Origin: an uncultured virus (IMG/VR IMGVR_UViG_3300047539_000004)
Lineage: Duplodnaviria > Heunggongvirae > Uroviricota > Caudoviricetes
Virus record (IMG/VR): IMGVR_UViG_3300047539_000004
Length of the DNA stretch: 64,000 bases
Direction: 5' to 3' (one strand)
Below, piece after piece: positions 1 through 8,493 of this stretch. The notes below the pieces were generated by a model, which saw nothing but the letters and a program-made list of their open reading frames with translations, was not told the DNA's origin and ran no database searches. Each line of letters begins with the position of its first letter. Position 1 is the first letter of the stretch. The translations under genes were made by a program, and so were the position numbers.

Positions 1-652
1 TACTGGTCAAGCGCTGCCAGTGACGCATGACCGGGGGAGACTCTGCCGGGTGGCTTCAAAAAAAGGGATGGTTGGGGACTTACTGATTCTAAAAGGTTTA
101 GCAGTTTTACAGTTAAACGGGAAAAACTGGCATTCGACGTGCTAGAGGGCTTGAAAACGTATGCATCAGTTTCGACCGGCTGTAAGTTGTTGATTTTAAT
201 GGAGGGTAACCCTCCATGTATACAGTACGTACTAATGTATACGTTTTGTCGAACGTCTAGGGGAAGGTGTAAAGTAAACTTGACACAAAAGCCTAATGTA
301 TGCTTAAACACATACTTAACATAGCATTGTGCATTACTAACGTATAGCTCTAGCGTATCGTTTACCCTGCTACCCTGCTAACTACCCAGTCGAGTCTATC
401 CATGCGTCCTATAGGCCATTCTGTGCTTTGTACGGTCTATCCTGTACTCGTCTCGGTATCGTTTACTCTGTTATTCGGTCACCAGCGCTCTAGGAGGCTA
501 GCAAGGGGCATAGTTCATATAAAGGTTTATCTGGACAAGTAGTGCTTTAATTCAAGCTGTAAACAATACATTTTCGTGGTCTGGGTCTGGGTCTGGGTTT
601 TCACGCCTCCTTATATAGTGTGATTTATTTTCGAGAATTCTCATAAAGTCTA

Positions 653-702
653 TTGACAAATACTATTTGGGCGAGTCTAATCACAATCAAGGAGAAAAAC
701 CA
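653..702 (+). promoter_or_regulatory. sigma70-like promoter plus RBS cassette, copy 1
   Basis: TTGACA at 653, then TAATCACA..AAGGAGAAAAACCA-ATG; near-identical cassette at 839-888. Confidence 0.55.
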
Positions 703-867
703 ATGATGATTCTAGCAATTGCGTTCGGAGTCATATTCTTTGTCGGAGCTATTATTTGCATAGACGGTGATGTGGATGCCGCTAAAGCGCATAATGCCGC
801 ATTACTTGCCAATGAACGTCGAATAGAGAAAATAGTTGTTGACAAAGTATCTCAGAAAATGCTTTAA
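703..867 (+). CDS. small membrane protein
   Basis: AAGGAG RBS before ATG 703; N-terminal hydrophobic helix. Confidence 0.65.
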   Translation: MMILAIAFGVIFFVGAIICIDGDVDAAKAHNAALLANERRIEKIVVDKVSQKML

Positions 868-888
868 TCACACTAAGGAGAAAAACCA

Positions 889-1083
889 ATGCTTTTCAAC
901 TTGACAGTAATCCTCATTGCAAGCGGCCTGAGTATCCTTGCAATCGCAGTAATCGAAATCATTCACCGCAACGTCAACAAAGCACAGCAAAAGCGCAACT
1001 ATGCACGTTTGCAAGCGCAATTACGCGCATCAGACAATGCAATTGCAGCCGAGATCGAATCTAACATGGTTTGGCGTGGGTGA
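889..1083 (+). CDS. small membrane protein
   Basis: AAGGAG RBS; N-terminal TM helix followed by a basic helical tail. Confidence 0.65.
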   Translation: MLFNLTVILIASGLSILAIAVIEIIHRNVNKAQQKRNYARLQAQLRASDNAIAAEIESNMVWRG

Positions 1084-1239
1084 TATGATGAATCCTGATT
1101 GCACCGTCAATCTCAAACTGCTTGTGTTAATCGTTCTGGCCGGACTGGTGTATGGTTTCTGTACCGGTCACTTAGTTGTGTTTCCGAACGGTATACCGTT
1201 CTAGTTGTTGTATAACCTTTGTGGACAAGTGAGGACTAT

Positions 1240-1476
1240 ATGAAATTGACAATGGAGCAAATTGGAATTGCGGCGTGTGAGAATATTCGAATCTGCGAAA
1301 GCGGGTTTGGCTATGATTACAAAAATCAGGCATGGATTGAAGAGGGCCGATACCTGAAATGTGATCACATTGTCGTGCCCGGTACAGTGTGCAATTGCTA
1401 CGGCTCACAGCATCAAGGTGAGCTAGTTACTTTTCTGTTTACCGCGAACCTATTCGCAGAATTGGGAGTGATCTAA
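1240..1476 (+). CDS. hypothetical protein (Cys/His, possible Zn binding)
   Basis: GAGG RBS; GYDYKNQAW..GRY..C.H....C.C.G..H motif; stop abuts the next gene. Confidence 0.6.
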   Translation: MKLTMEQIGIAACENIRICESGFGYDYKNQAWIEEGRYLKCDHIVVPGTVCNCYGSQHQGELVTFLFTANLFAELGVI

Positions 1477-1477
1477 C

Positions 1478-3046
1478 ATGACGTTTCTTTCTCAGTTTAA
1501 GGCCGCACGTCGAGTCAGTACCCCGCTAGTTGCCGTTCGCACATTCGATGCCAAAAGTACCGTTGACGCTGTAAAAACCCTATTCCCGCCAAAGAAAGAG
1601 GGCACCAAAGAAGTTTCAACTATCCCCCCCATGATACTGTGGGATTGCATTAACGGGTTCCGTTCCGTATCAGAGGCGGGAAAGGCAGCGCTTGCCAGCA
1701 TGATTGCATTGAGCCAGCTTGAGTCAGTGGAACTAACTATCCCTCTTGATTCGGCACTTCGTTTTATCACGAATTTTCCCGAGGATACGATTATCTTCAT
1801 TTCCAACATTCATCTCTTTTGGGGAGAAAAAGAGATAATCCAAGGGTTGTGGAATCTTCGTGATAGTTTCAAGGTTTCGGGCAATATGCTGGTAGCATTG
1901 ACGAATCAAGGTGCGATTCTTCCCATCGAATTGGCGCATGACTTTTTGGTATTGGATGAACCTTTGCCAACGTTGGAAGTACTTGAAGGTGTTGTCAAGA
2001 ATACGTTCGAGTATGCTAAGCTTGACGCCCCGTCGAAAGAGATTATGGAACAGGCAACCGGGGCTTTAATTGGTTTACCATACTTTCCCGCAGAACAGTC
2101 CACGGCAATGTGTCTCAACATTGCTAACGATAACGGAAAGGTTACGGGCACTCTTGACATAGAGGGCCTATGGGAACGTAAACGCCAAGCCATTAACGCA
2201 ACACAGGGGTTGTCAATTACCACTGGCAAAGAAAAGCTTGACGAGATAGGCGGATTAGAAACAGTCAAAACGTTTTTGCTTAGACTGTTAAACGGCAATG
2301 ACTCCCCACGTTGCATCATTTTCTCGGATGAAATAGAGAAAACTTTCGCCGGAACCGGAACCGATACATCAGGAGTAAAGACAGAATTAACCGGGTCCAT
2401 GCTTCAATGGACAACAAAACTTGATATGGCTGGAGTACTTGGAATTGGAGTACCGGGGGCGGGAAAGACCCAGATTATGAAAGCAATTGCGGCGGAAATG
2501 GGTATTCCGTTTATCACTTTCGATTTGGCTGGTATGCAAGGTTCGCTTGTAGGTCAATCGGGTGCCGCCCTACGTGCCGCACAGTCTATCATTGAAGCAG
2601 TTTCGGGTGGTCGCATCCTATGGGTGGCAACTTGCAATTCCATAGATGCTTTACCACCAGAATTGCAAGCCAGATTTAAGGATGGAACCTTTTTCTTCGA
2701 TGCGCCTACAATGGAAGAAAGAATTTCGATTTGGGCAATTCATCGCAAGGCTTTTAACATTCCTGAAACTGATACGTTGCCAATTGACAAGGGTTGGACG
2801 GGGCGTGAAATCAGGGAATGCTGTTCTAAAGCCTATCGCCTTAAGATGAATCTTTCGGAGGCGTCTCAGTACATCGTACCCGTTACGGTATCTAATGCGG
2901 GGATAATTGACAATCTCCGCCGTCAATCGTCTGGTAAGTATCTCTCAGCGTCTCACACTGGCATCTATCGCTATGAAGAAGAAGTAAAGCCATTTACCGG
3001 GCATGTTTTGAACGTTGAACAGGGGCGTAAAATGCGCGAGAGCTAG
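1478..3046 (+). CDS. Ycf46-like AAA+ ATPase with rearranged core
   Basis: IGGLETVK, Walker B IIFSDEIEK, Walker A GVPGAGKT, sensor WVATCN, LPPEL..RF, GWTGREI; degenerate N-terminal AAA domain. Confidence 0.85.
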   Translation: MTFLSQFKAARRVSTPLVAVRTFDAKSTVDAVKTLFPPKKEGTKEVSTIPPMILWDCINGFRSVSEAGKAALASMIALSQLESVELTIPLDSALRFITNFPEDTIIFISNIHLFWGEKEIIQGLWNLRDSFKVSGNMLVALTNQGAILPIELAHDFLVLDEPLPTLEVLEGVVKNTFEYAKLDAPSKEIMEQATGALIGLPYFPAEQSTAMCLNIANDNGKVTGTLDIEGLWERKRQAINATQGLSITTGKEKLDEIGGLETVKTFLLRLLNGNDSPRCIIFSDEIEKTFAGTGTDTSGVKTELTGSMLQWTTKLDMAGVLGIGVPGAGKTQIMKAIAAEMGIPFITFDLAGMQGSLVGQSGAALRAAQSIIEAVSGGRILWVATCNSIDALPPELQARFKDGTFFFDAPTMEERISIWAIHRKAFNIPETDTLPIDKGWTGREIRECCSKAYRLKMNLSEASQYIVPVTVSNAGIIDNLRRQSSGKYLSASHTGIYRYEEEVKPFTGHVLNVEQGRKMRES

Positions 3047-3141
3047 TACAGGGATTATGGGGGGGGGGGGGAGTATTGACAATCTCCCCTATTTCCTGTA
3101 ATGTATTTCACAGCAGTTAAACCAATGAAGGGAAGGGAAAT

Positions 3142-3567
3142 ATGTCAGAATATAGCGAAAACAAAACCCAGTTTAAGGATGCCGACACGCTGTGCGAGGC
3201 ATTGCACGAACTGGGTTTCGATGCGTCTATGATCGAACGGCATGAGAATGCAGTTTCGCTAGTAGACTTTCAAGGTCACAAAACACACTACTTGGATGAA
3301 AAGGGCGATAAAGCCGAAATAATCATCCGCAGAGTACATATCGGATCATCCGCCAATGACATAGGGTTTAAGAAAAACCCGGATGGGACAATCTCTGCGA
3401 TTATCTCAGCCTATGATTCGCACCGTTACGGTCAAGCTTGGCTTACTAAGCTTAAGGCAGCGTATTGCGAAAAGGGCTGTATGAAGCAAGGTAAAAAGAT
3501 GGGCCTTAGATTTGCGGGAAAGAAAATCGTAAATGGAAAGGTTCAATTGCAATTCCTGCAAGCCTAG
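3142..3567 (+). CDS. DUF1257 (Ycf35-like) family protein
   Basis: MS.Y...TQFKD...L..AL..LG and NDIGF....DG....I...YD pattern; usual neighbour of Ycf46 ATPases. Confidence 0.7.
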   Translation: MSEYSENKTQFKDADTLCEALHELGFDASMIERHENAVSLVDFQGHKTHYLDEKGDKAEIIIRRVHIGSSANDIGFKKNPDGTISAIISAYDSHRYGQAWLTKLKAAYCEKGCMKQGKKMGLRFAGKKIVNGKVQLQFLQA

Positions 3568-3615
3568 AACCTAGGCTCAAACACTCAACTTTTACCAGAA
3601 AAGAGGAATCGAAAA

Positions 3616-3810
3616 ATGGCGAAAATCGTAACCGTTACCATCAATCCTTCAGACGCATCATTTACCGTAGACAATACGGGTTTTCAAGGTAAGGGATGTG
3701 CCGCGATAATCAAGGCTTTCGCGGAAATTGGCGAAATCACCAAAGAAGTACATAAGCCGGAATACGACCGTCCAGTCAAAACAACCAATACGGTCACGGC
3801 AGGTAGGTAA
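3616..3810 (+). CDS. DUF2997 family protein
   Basis: I.V.I......V...GF.G..C.....KPEY pattern; synteny with DUF1257. Confidence 0.7.
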   Translation: MAKIVTVTINPSDASFTVDNTGFQGKGCAAIIKAFAEIGEITKEVHKPEYDRPVKTTNTVTAGR

Positions 3811-3819
3811 GGAGTTGAA

Positions 3820-4155
3820 ATGATCAATCGTGTAACCATCAGTATTGACGAAAACGGGGATTCTAAATGCCTAGTATCCCCGTTGGCAGTTTTCGCGGGG
3901 TTCGTTACCAGTGAGTCACTGGTGAGACGTGCTAGCCACGTGGAACCCGTCAATTGCGCTTTGAGAGTATTGTTTACCCTGCTACGGGGTTTAGTGACCG
4001 ATAAAAGCCGGATAGCAGCATGGACACGTATTTGGCCTTGTACATGGCGGGTCAATCTTTCACCAGTCAATGGGCCAATTATTCCGATTGATTTCGCCTC
4101 CAGGGAAAGCGCAATTGATTTCGAGATAGTTTGGCTTGAAAAGCATTTCCTGTAG
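3820..4155 (+). CDS. hypothetical protein of the AAA/DUF1257 module
   Basis: RRASHVEP...W..NLSPVNGP....F.SR..AI..E..WL; GGAG RBS. Confidence 0.65.
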   Translation: MINRVTISIDENGDSKCLVSPLAVFAGFVTSESLVRRASHVEPVNCALRVLFTLLRGLVTDKSRIAAWTRIWPCTWRVNLSPVNGPIIPIDFASRESAIDFEIVWLEKHFL

Positions 4156-4196
4156 TATACTTTTTAAGAAGTCAACCGTGTCGAGAGGCACAGAAA

Positions 4197-5120
4197 ATGA
4201 GGAGTATCATGGAATCAATTCTTGCAAAAACTACCAGTATTGCAGACAAGGTAACACTGGCAAAACTTTCTTTTGGAGTTATCGGCAATGTGCGGAAAAT
4301 CAAGCGGAACCAAATCAAGGGCTTTGTCGGGGATGAACTAGCACCAGTCAGTGCGAGTGCAACAAAGCACGAAAAGAAACTGCTAGACTCGCCCGAACTA
4401 CGTGCAATTGTTAAGGCCGACGGTGATTTGAAGCGCAACGTCGAACAACTTTCATTGCCGTATTCAATGGGCTTTCTCATGGTTCCTAATGAGAATCTAT
4501 CTCTTGTGAATGATTTAATTCTGACACATCTCGACACTCGCCCGTCATTGGTTGACGCTTTTATTGGAATGTACAAAACACGTCAAGATCAGGCCGAACT
4601 ATCACTCGGAACCTTGCACAACCCGTCCGATTATCTGACCGAATCGGGTGCGCGTGAAAAGTTTTATTTCGAGTATGCGTACCTTGCATTTGAAGTACCA
4701 GAGCAACTAAAGCTAAACGGATTGTACGAGCAAGAATCGGCCAAACTTCAATCCACAATTGCCAACGTTACGGATGAAATTACCATTCTCATGCGGGAAA
4801 GCTTACTTGAATTGGTATCGCATCTCAAGAGTGCTTTGGAGCCTAATGCAGATGGTAAGCCAAAGAGATTGTTTGCCAGCGCTGTGACGAATATTCAAGA
4901 TTTTCTTGATACGTTTAAATCACGTAACATAACAAACGATTCAGATTTGGAAAGCTTGACGGGCGAATTGGCAAAGGTTCTGCACCCTAACTTTGATGTG
5001 GCCGTCGTTAAGGCCGATAGTCAGTACAAGGATACAGTTCACACCAGCATGGCGGAGATTGCAGCCAAGTTGACGGCAATGATTGAAATTGTACCGGGAC
5101 GTAAGTTTAGACCGGAGTAA
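4197..5120 (+). CDS. DUF3150-like helical protein
   Basis: KKLLDSPEL, G..MVP, LG.L.NP.DY, RNITND..L pattern; ends PGRKFRPE. Confidence 0.6.
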   Translation: MRSIMESILAKTTSIADKVTLAKLSFGVIGNVRKIKRNQIKGFVGDELAPVSASATKHEKKLLDSPELRAIVKADGDLKRNVEQLSLPYSMGFLMVPNENLSLVNDLILTHLDTRPSLVDAFIGMYKTRQDQAELSLGTLHNPSDYLTESGAREKFYFEYAYLAFEVPEQLKLNGLYEQESAKLQSTIANVTDEITILMRESLLELVSHLKSALEPNADGKPKRLFASAVTNIQDFLDTFKSRNITNDSDLESLTGELAKVLHPNFDVAVVKADSQYKDTVHTSMAEIAAKLTAMIEIVPGRKFRPE

Positions 5121-5147
5121 TCCAACCTGCTACCCCGGTACACTCTT

Positions 5148-5178
5148 TCCCCTCTAAGCAATTAGAGGGGATTCTTTT
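5148..5178 (+). terminator. rho-independent terminator
   Basis: TCCCCTCTAA-gcaa-TTAGAGGGGA followed by TTCTTTT. Confidence 0.75.
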
Positions 5179-5633
5179 GGGTCAATATATCTCCCATAAA
5201 GCTTTTCTATAAACTATCTGGTAACAGGACTCTGTACCATCCCTCTGCAATAGATGGCATATTTGCCATGCTATCCCACCAGAAAGTTATAGACGTACCT
5301 TAAACGGCTAAGTAAAGCGATTTATCTCACAAGTTGTTGATTTCATTGAAGTTAGCTATAACATAGCTTACAGGAACCCGTATAAACGATTGTCTGAAAC
5401 TGGTATACCCTGATACCATCCCCGTCTATCTATCGTTTATAGGGGAAAGTACAGCGATTTATTAGCAGGGTTTTGATTCCTGTAAGATGTATCTGTACAA
5501 GTAAATAGTTCAGACAACGAACTAAATCTTTTGTTGCGAGTTCGAACTAATTCTTTAATTTGGGCTTCAAACTAATGTTTGGGTTTTCCGGTCTGGGTCG
5601 GTCTGGACTCTGCGGAGTTCATATAAGATATAC

Positions 5634-5728
5634 CTGAGTAAACTGTTTGGTACTTTGGTACTTGGTACTCCTGAGTAAACCGTTTGGTACTCTGAGTAAA
5701 CCATTTGGTACTTAGAAAGTTTTCCACA
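5634..5728 (+). repeat. three 21-bp direct repeats (CTGAGTAAACYRTTTGGTACT) plus a DnaA-box-like site; candidate origin or operator array
   Basis: copies at 5634, 5671, 5692; TTTTCCACA at 5720; lies in a ~680-bp intergenic region. Confidence 0.65.
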
Positions 5729-5746
5729 GGTATTTTAAAAAAGCGC

Positions 5747-5775
5747 TTGACAATCATTTATTGAAGGAGTACCTT
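5747..5775 (+). promoter_or_regulatory. sigma70-like promoter
   Basis: TTGACA-17-TACCTT. Confidence 0.55.
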
Positions 5776-5806
5776 TAGATCATCGAAGTTGGAGGGAGAG
5801 TTTTCA

Positions 5807-6596
5807 ATGGATATTAAGAACATTTACGACGCGGTAATCTTTACATCTGCTGCCGTTACGTTGCGAGACGCGGTAATGGATGCGATTAAACAGAAAATTA
5901 ACCTTAGCTCTGCGGACCTTAGCTCTGCGGACCTTAGCTCTGCGAACCTTAGCTCTGCGAACCTTAGCTCTGCGAACCTTCGCTCTGCGAACCTTACCTT
6001 AGCTCTGCGAACCTTCGCTTGCGAACCTTAGCTCTGCGAACCTTCGCTCTGCGAACCTTAGCTCTGCGGACCTTAGCTCTGCGGACCTTAGCTATGCGGA
6101 CCTTAACCTTCGCTATGCGGACCTTAGCTCTGCGGACCTTAGCTCTGCGAACCTTAGCTCTGCGAACCTTAGCTATGCGAACCTTCGCTCTGCGAACCTT
6201 CGCTCTGCGAACCTTAGCTCTGCGAACCTTAGCTATGCGAACCTTCGCTCTGCGATAAACATCACTGACAAGTTGGCAATTGCACAATTTCAATTCATTC
6301 CGACCGATGGCCCATTTATCGGGTGGAAGAAATGTCAGAACGGTGTTATTGTAAAACTTTGTGTTAGCAAATCAGCGCAAAGGAGTCACGGAACAGAAAG
6401 AAAATGCCGCGCGTCACAAGTTAAGGTGTTAGAAGTATTCGGCGCAAGTGAGGGCATTAGCTCTTATGACCCATCCGTGATCTATCGCAAAGGAAAGCTT
6501 GTCAAGTGTGTTGCGCCGTTCGACACAAACCGTTGGGATACTTGCGCGTCTGGCATACACTTCTATCTGACAAGGGAAGAAGCCGAAGCGCACTAA
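5807..6596 (+). pseudogene. pentapeptide-repeat protein with DUF5758-like C-terminus, frameshifted within the repeat
   Basis: A[DN]L[SR][SY] repeats from a 15-bp unit; C-terminal FIGWKK..RKCRAS..W..C..GIHFYLTR.EA lies in another frame. Confidence 0.75.
5900..6255 (+). repeat. 15-bp tandem repeat (aaccttagctctgcg and variants)
   Basis: directly visible, more than 20 units. Confidence 0.95.
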
Positions 6597-6644
6597 ATTG
6601 ACAACTTGTCCACAAACAGTTTACAGGAAACGAAAGGAGACGCA

Positions 6645-6833
6645 ATGGCAAATCGAACGAATGTTTCTCCCCGCGATATGCTTAAGGGCATAGGGGCAAA
6701 ACATATTAGGACGGGTAAGCATGAAGTATGGCGCTTACCTAACAATCGGACGGTTGTACTGTCGAGTACACCGAGTGATCGTCACGCCGAACAAAACCAA
6801 ATCAGGGATATTAAGAGGGAGATGGTAAAATGA
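6645..6833 (+). CDS. HicA-like (dsRBD fold) toxin-type protein
   Basis: RTGKHEVWRLPN...V..S.TPSD.....N...DIKR; AAAGGAG RBS. Confidence 0.6.
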   Translation: MANRTNVSPRDMLKGIGAKHIRTGKHEVWRLPNNRTVVLSSTPSDRHAEQNQIRDIKREMVK

Positions 6834-7132
6834 CTAATGACAACGAAAACCCGATGGAGCCGAACATACCGAACGAAGATGAAAAACCGTTCACGCACGT
6901 TGACAAGCTGAAAGCGTGTACGTTGCTGACAGCCGCATTGTATGACGGTACTCGGATGCTGGAAATGCTGCTGACTGCCGAGAACGTTATGACCAATGCG
7001 CTAGAGGAGCCAAAAGACTCTTTGTGGCAGTTGGGCAAGTTGCTGGTAGGTTTGATCAGGAAGTTGGAAGCGGAAGGAGTAGAAGAATCTCCCAAAGAAA
7101 ATGTGGAGAAGTCTGAAGCATCTCCCGACTAA
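6830..7132 (+). CDS. hypothetical protein
   Basis: start overlaps the upstream stop; GGAG RBS. Confidence 0.5.
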   Translation: MTNDNENPMEPNIPNEDEKPFTHVDKLKACTLLTAALYDGTRMLEMLLTAENVMTNALEEPKDSLWQLGKLLVGLIRKLEAEGVEESPKENVEKSEASPD

Positions 7133-7244
7133 CTTTGCTGCTGAAGCTGGCGAACAGCCGTCACAGGACGAAGTCAACGCGGAGATTGCGAGAATCGAAA
7201 GGCTTGCAAAGATAGCAGGGTAATCAACCAACGTATCATTTACC

Positions 7245-7273
7245 TTGACAGTATCGTTTGGTACTGATATGGT
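7245..7273 (+). promoter_or_regulatory. sigma70-like promoter inside an inverted repeat
   Basis: TTGACA-17-TATGGT; spacer contains TTTGGTACT. Confidence 0.5.
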
Positions 7274-7330
7274 ACTGTCAAGGCAGTAACAAAGCAGTAA
7301 GCAATCTCTGTAGGTTTATCTGGAGAAGTT

Positions 7331-7579
7331 ATGAAAACCAAACCAAATCCGATGGAGGATTTAATGGAAAACAATCTGGAGAAGTTTAAGACACCGAAAC
7401 CAACCGTTCAGCTAACTGGTGAGGATGGAAACGTCTTTGGCATCATTGGGCGCGTATCCAAGGCACTGAAGAGGGCCGGGATGCCTGAAGAGGCAATCGA
7501 GTTTACCACTAAGGCGTTCGCTTGCCATAGCTATGACGATGTACTGCAACTTTGCTTTGCGTATGTGGAGGTTGCGTGA
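7331..7579 (+). CDS. small conserved phage protein
   Basis: V.L.GEDGN.F.I.GRV..AL..AG...SYD..L motif. Confidence 0.7.
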   Translation: MKTKPNPMEDLMENNLEKFKTPKPTVQLTGEDGNVFGIIGRVSKALKRAGMPEEAIEFTTKAFACHSYDDVLQLCFAYVEVA

Positions 7580-8390
7580 TGGCATATTCCGAGCAATTCT
7601 CATGCGATCTTTGCAAAGCAATTCGCAACCCGCTGACCAATAACTGGTACCTTGCTAAACACGTCGAGAACTGCGGCATATTGATTACCAGTTTCGATAG
7701 TCTGATAGCGAAGCAGGGTACACACACAACACTCTGTAATGATGGATGTGTTGGCAAATACATCTATCAGAACACCAACCATTCTCTCAAAGAAAATCTG
7801 GAGAAGCCATGAGAAAGATCGACATTTACGTTAGGTCCGATGGCAAGGTGAGCTATTGGGGAAGTACCACCCGGTACCAGACTTGCAAGGATGCTATTGA
7901 CAGCGTACCCTATGGTACTCCGGGGCCGACCGGCATACAGCCGGGGCCGAGTGACACACTGGTTGCAAGATTCGATAAGAGGGGCCATAGATGATCAGCA
8001 CTGGTATGCAATGGGCGAATAAGGATGGAAAAGACTTTTGGTACGTTTGGGTAGACATTGCCGGAAATACTTTCAGGAGTGATCTATTCACCGATGAGAG
8101 TTGGGCCAAAGAACTATTGGCAGAAATCAAAAAGGAGTTGAACCAATGAAAAGCAAAGTTCCAATGCTCAATCTCTTGCTACTTGCTTTGGTACTCTTCG
8201 CAGTGTTTATGACCATGCGCGGGTGCAACAGCGGGGAGCCTCCACCCGACAGGTTTAGATTCTTGGTGAGTTTATGAAAAGTATTTCTGAAGAACTAGCT
8301 GCACTTCCTGTAGGAAGCTCTTTGGTACTTCGTGGCTCACTTATCCACAAGATTTCCACAGATACTTTCCGCGTAAATGATAAATTAACC

Positions 8391-8419
8391 TTGACAAGCC
8401 TATTCGGAGCATGTATTAT
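8391..8419 (+). promoter_or_regulatory. sigma70-like promoter
   Basis: TTGACA-17-TATTAT. Confidence 0.65.
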
Positions 8420-8493
8420 GATCGTAATGGATGAGACGTTTGGTACTCAGGATGGTACTCAGGATGGTACTCAAGGAGAGTAAAGGGGCTGGC

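Noticed and set aside
139..324. 61-aa ORF and the many antisense ORFs in the track
   Set aside because: No RBS or recognisable motifs; most overlap better-supported genes on the opposite strand.
5634..6255. CRISPR array
   Set aside because: The repeats are tandem without unique spacers, and no cas operon is present. The PD-(D/E)XK nuclease is a typical phage exonuclease.
5994..6293. RRAKV and ALRTL repeat ORFs
   Set aside because: Shadow frames of the pentapeptide 15-bp array.
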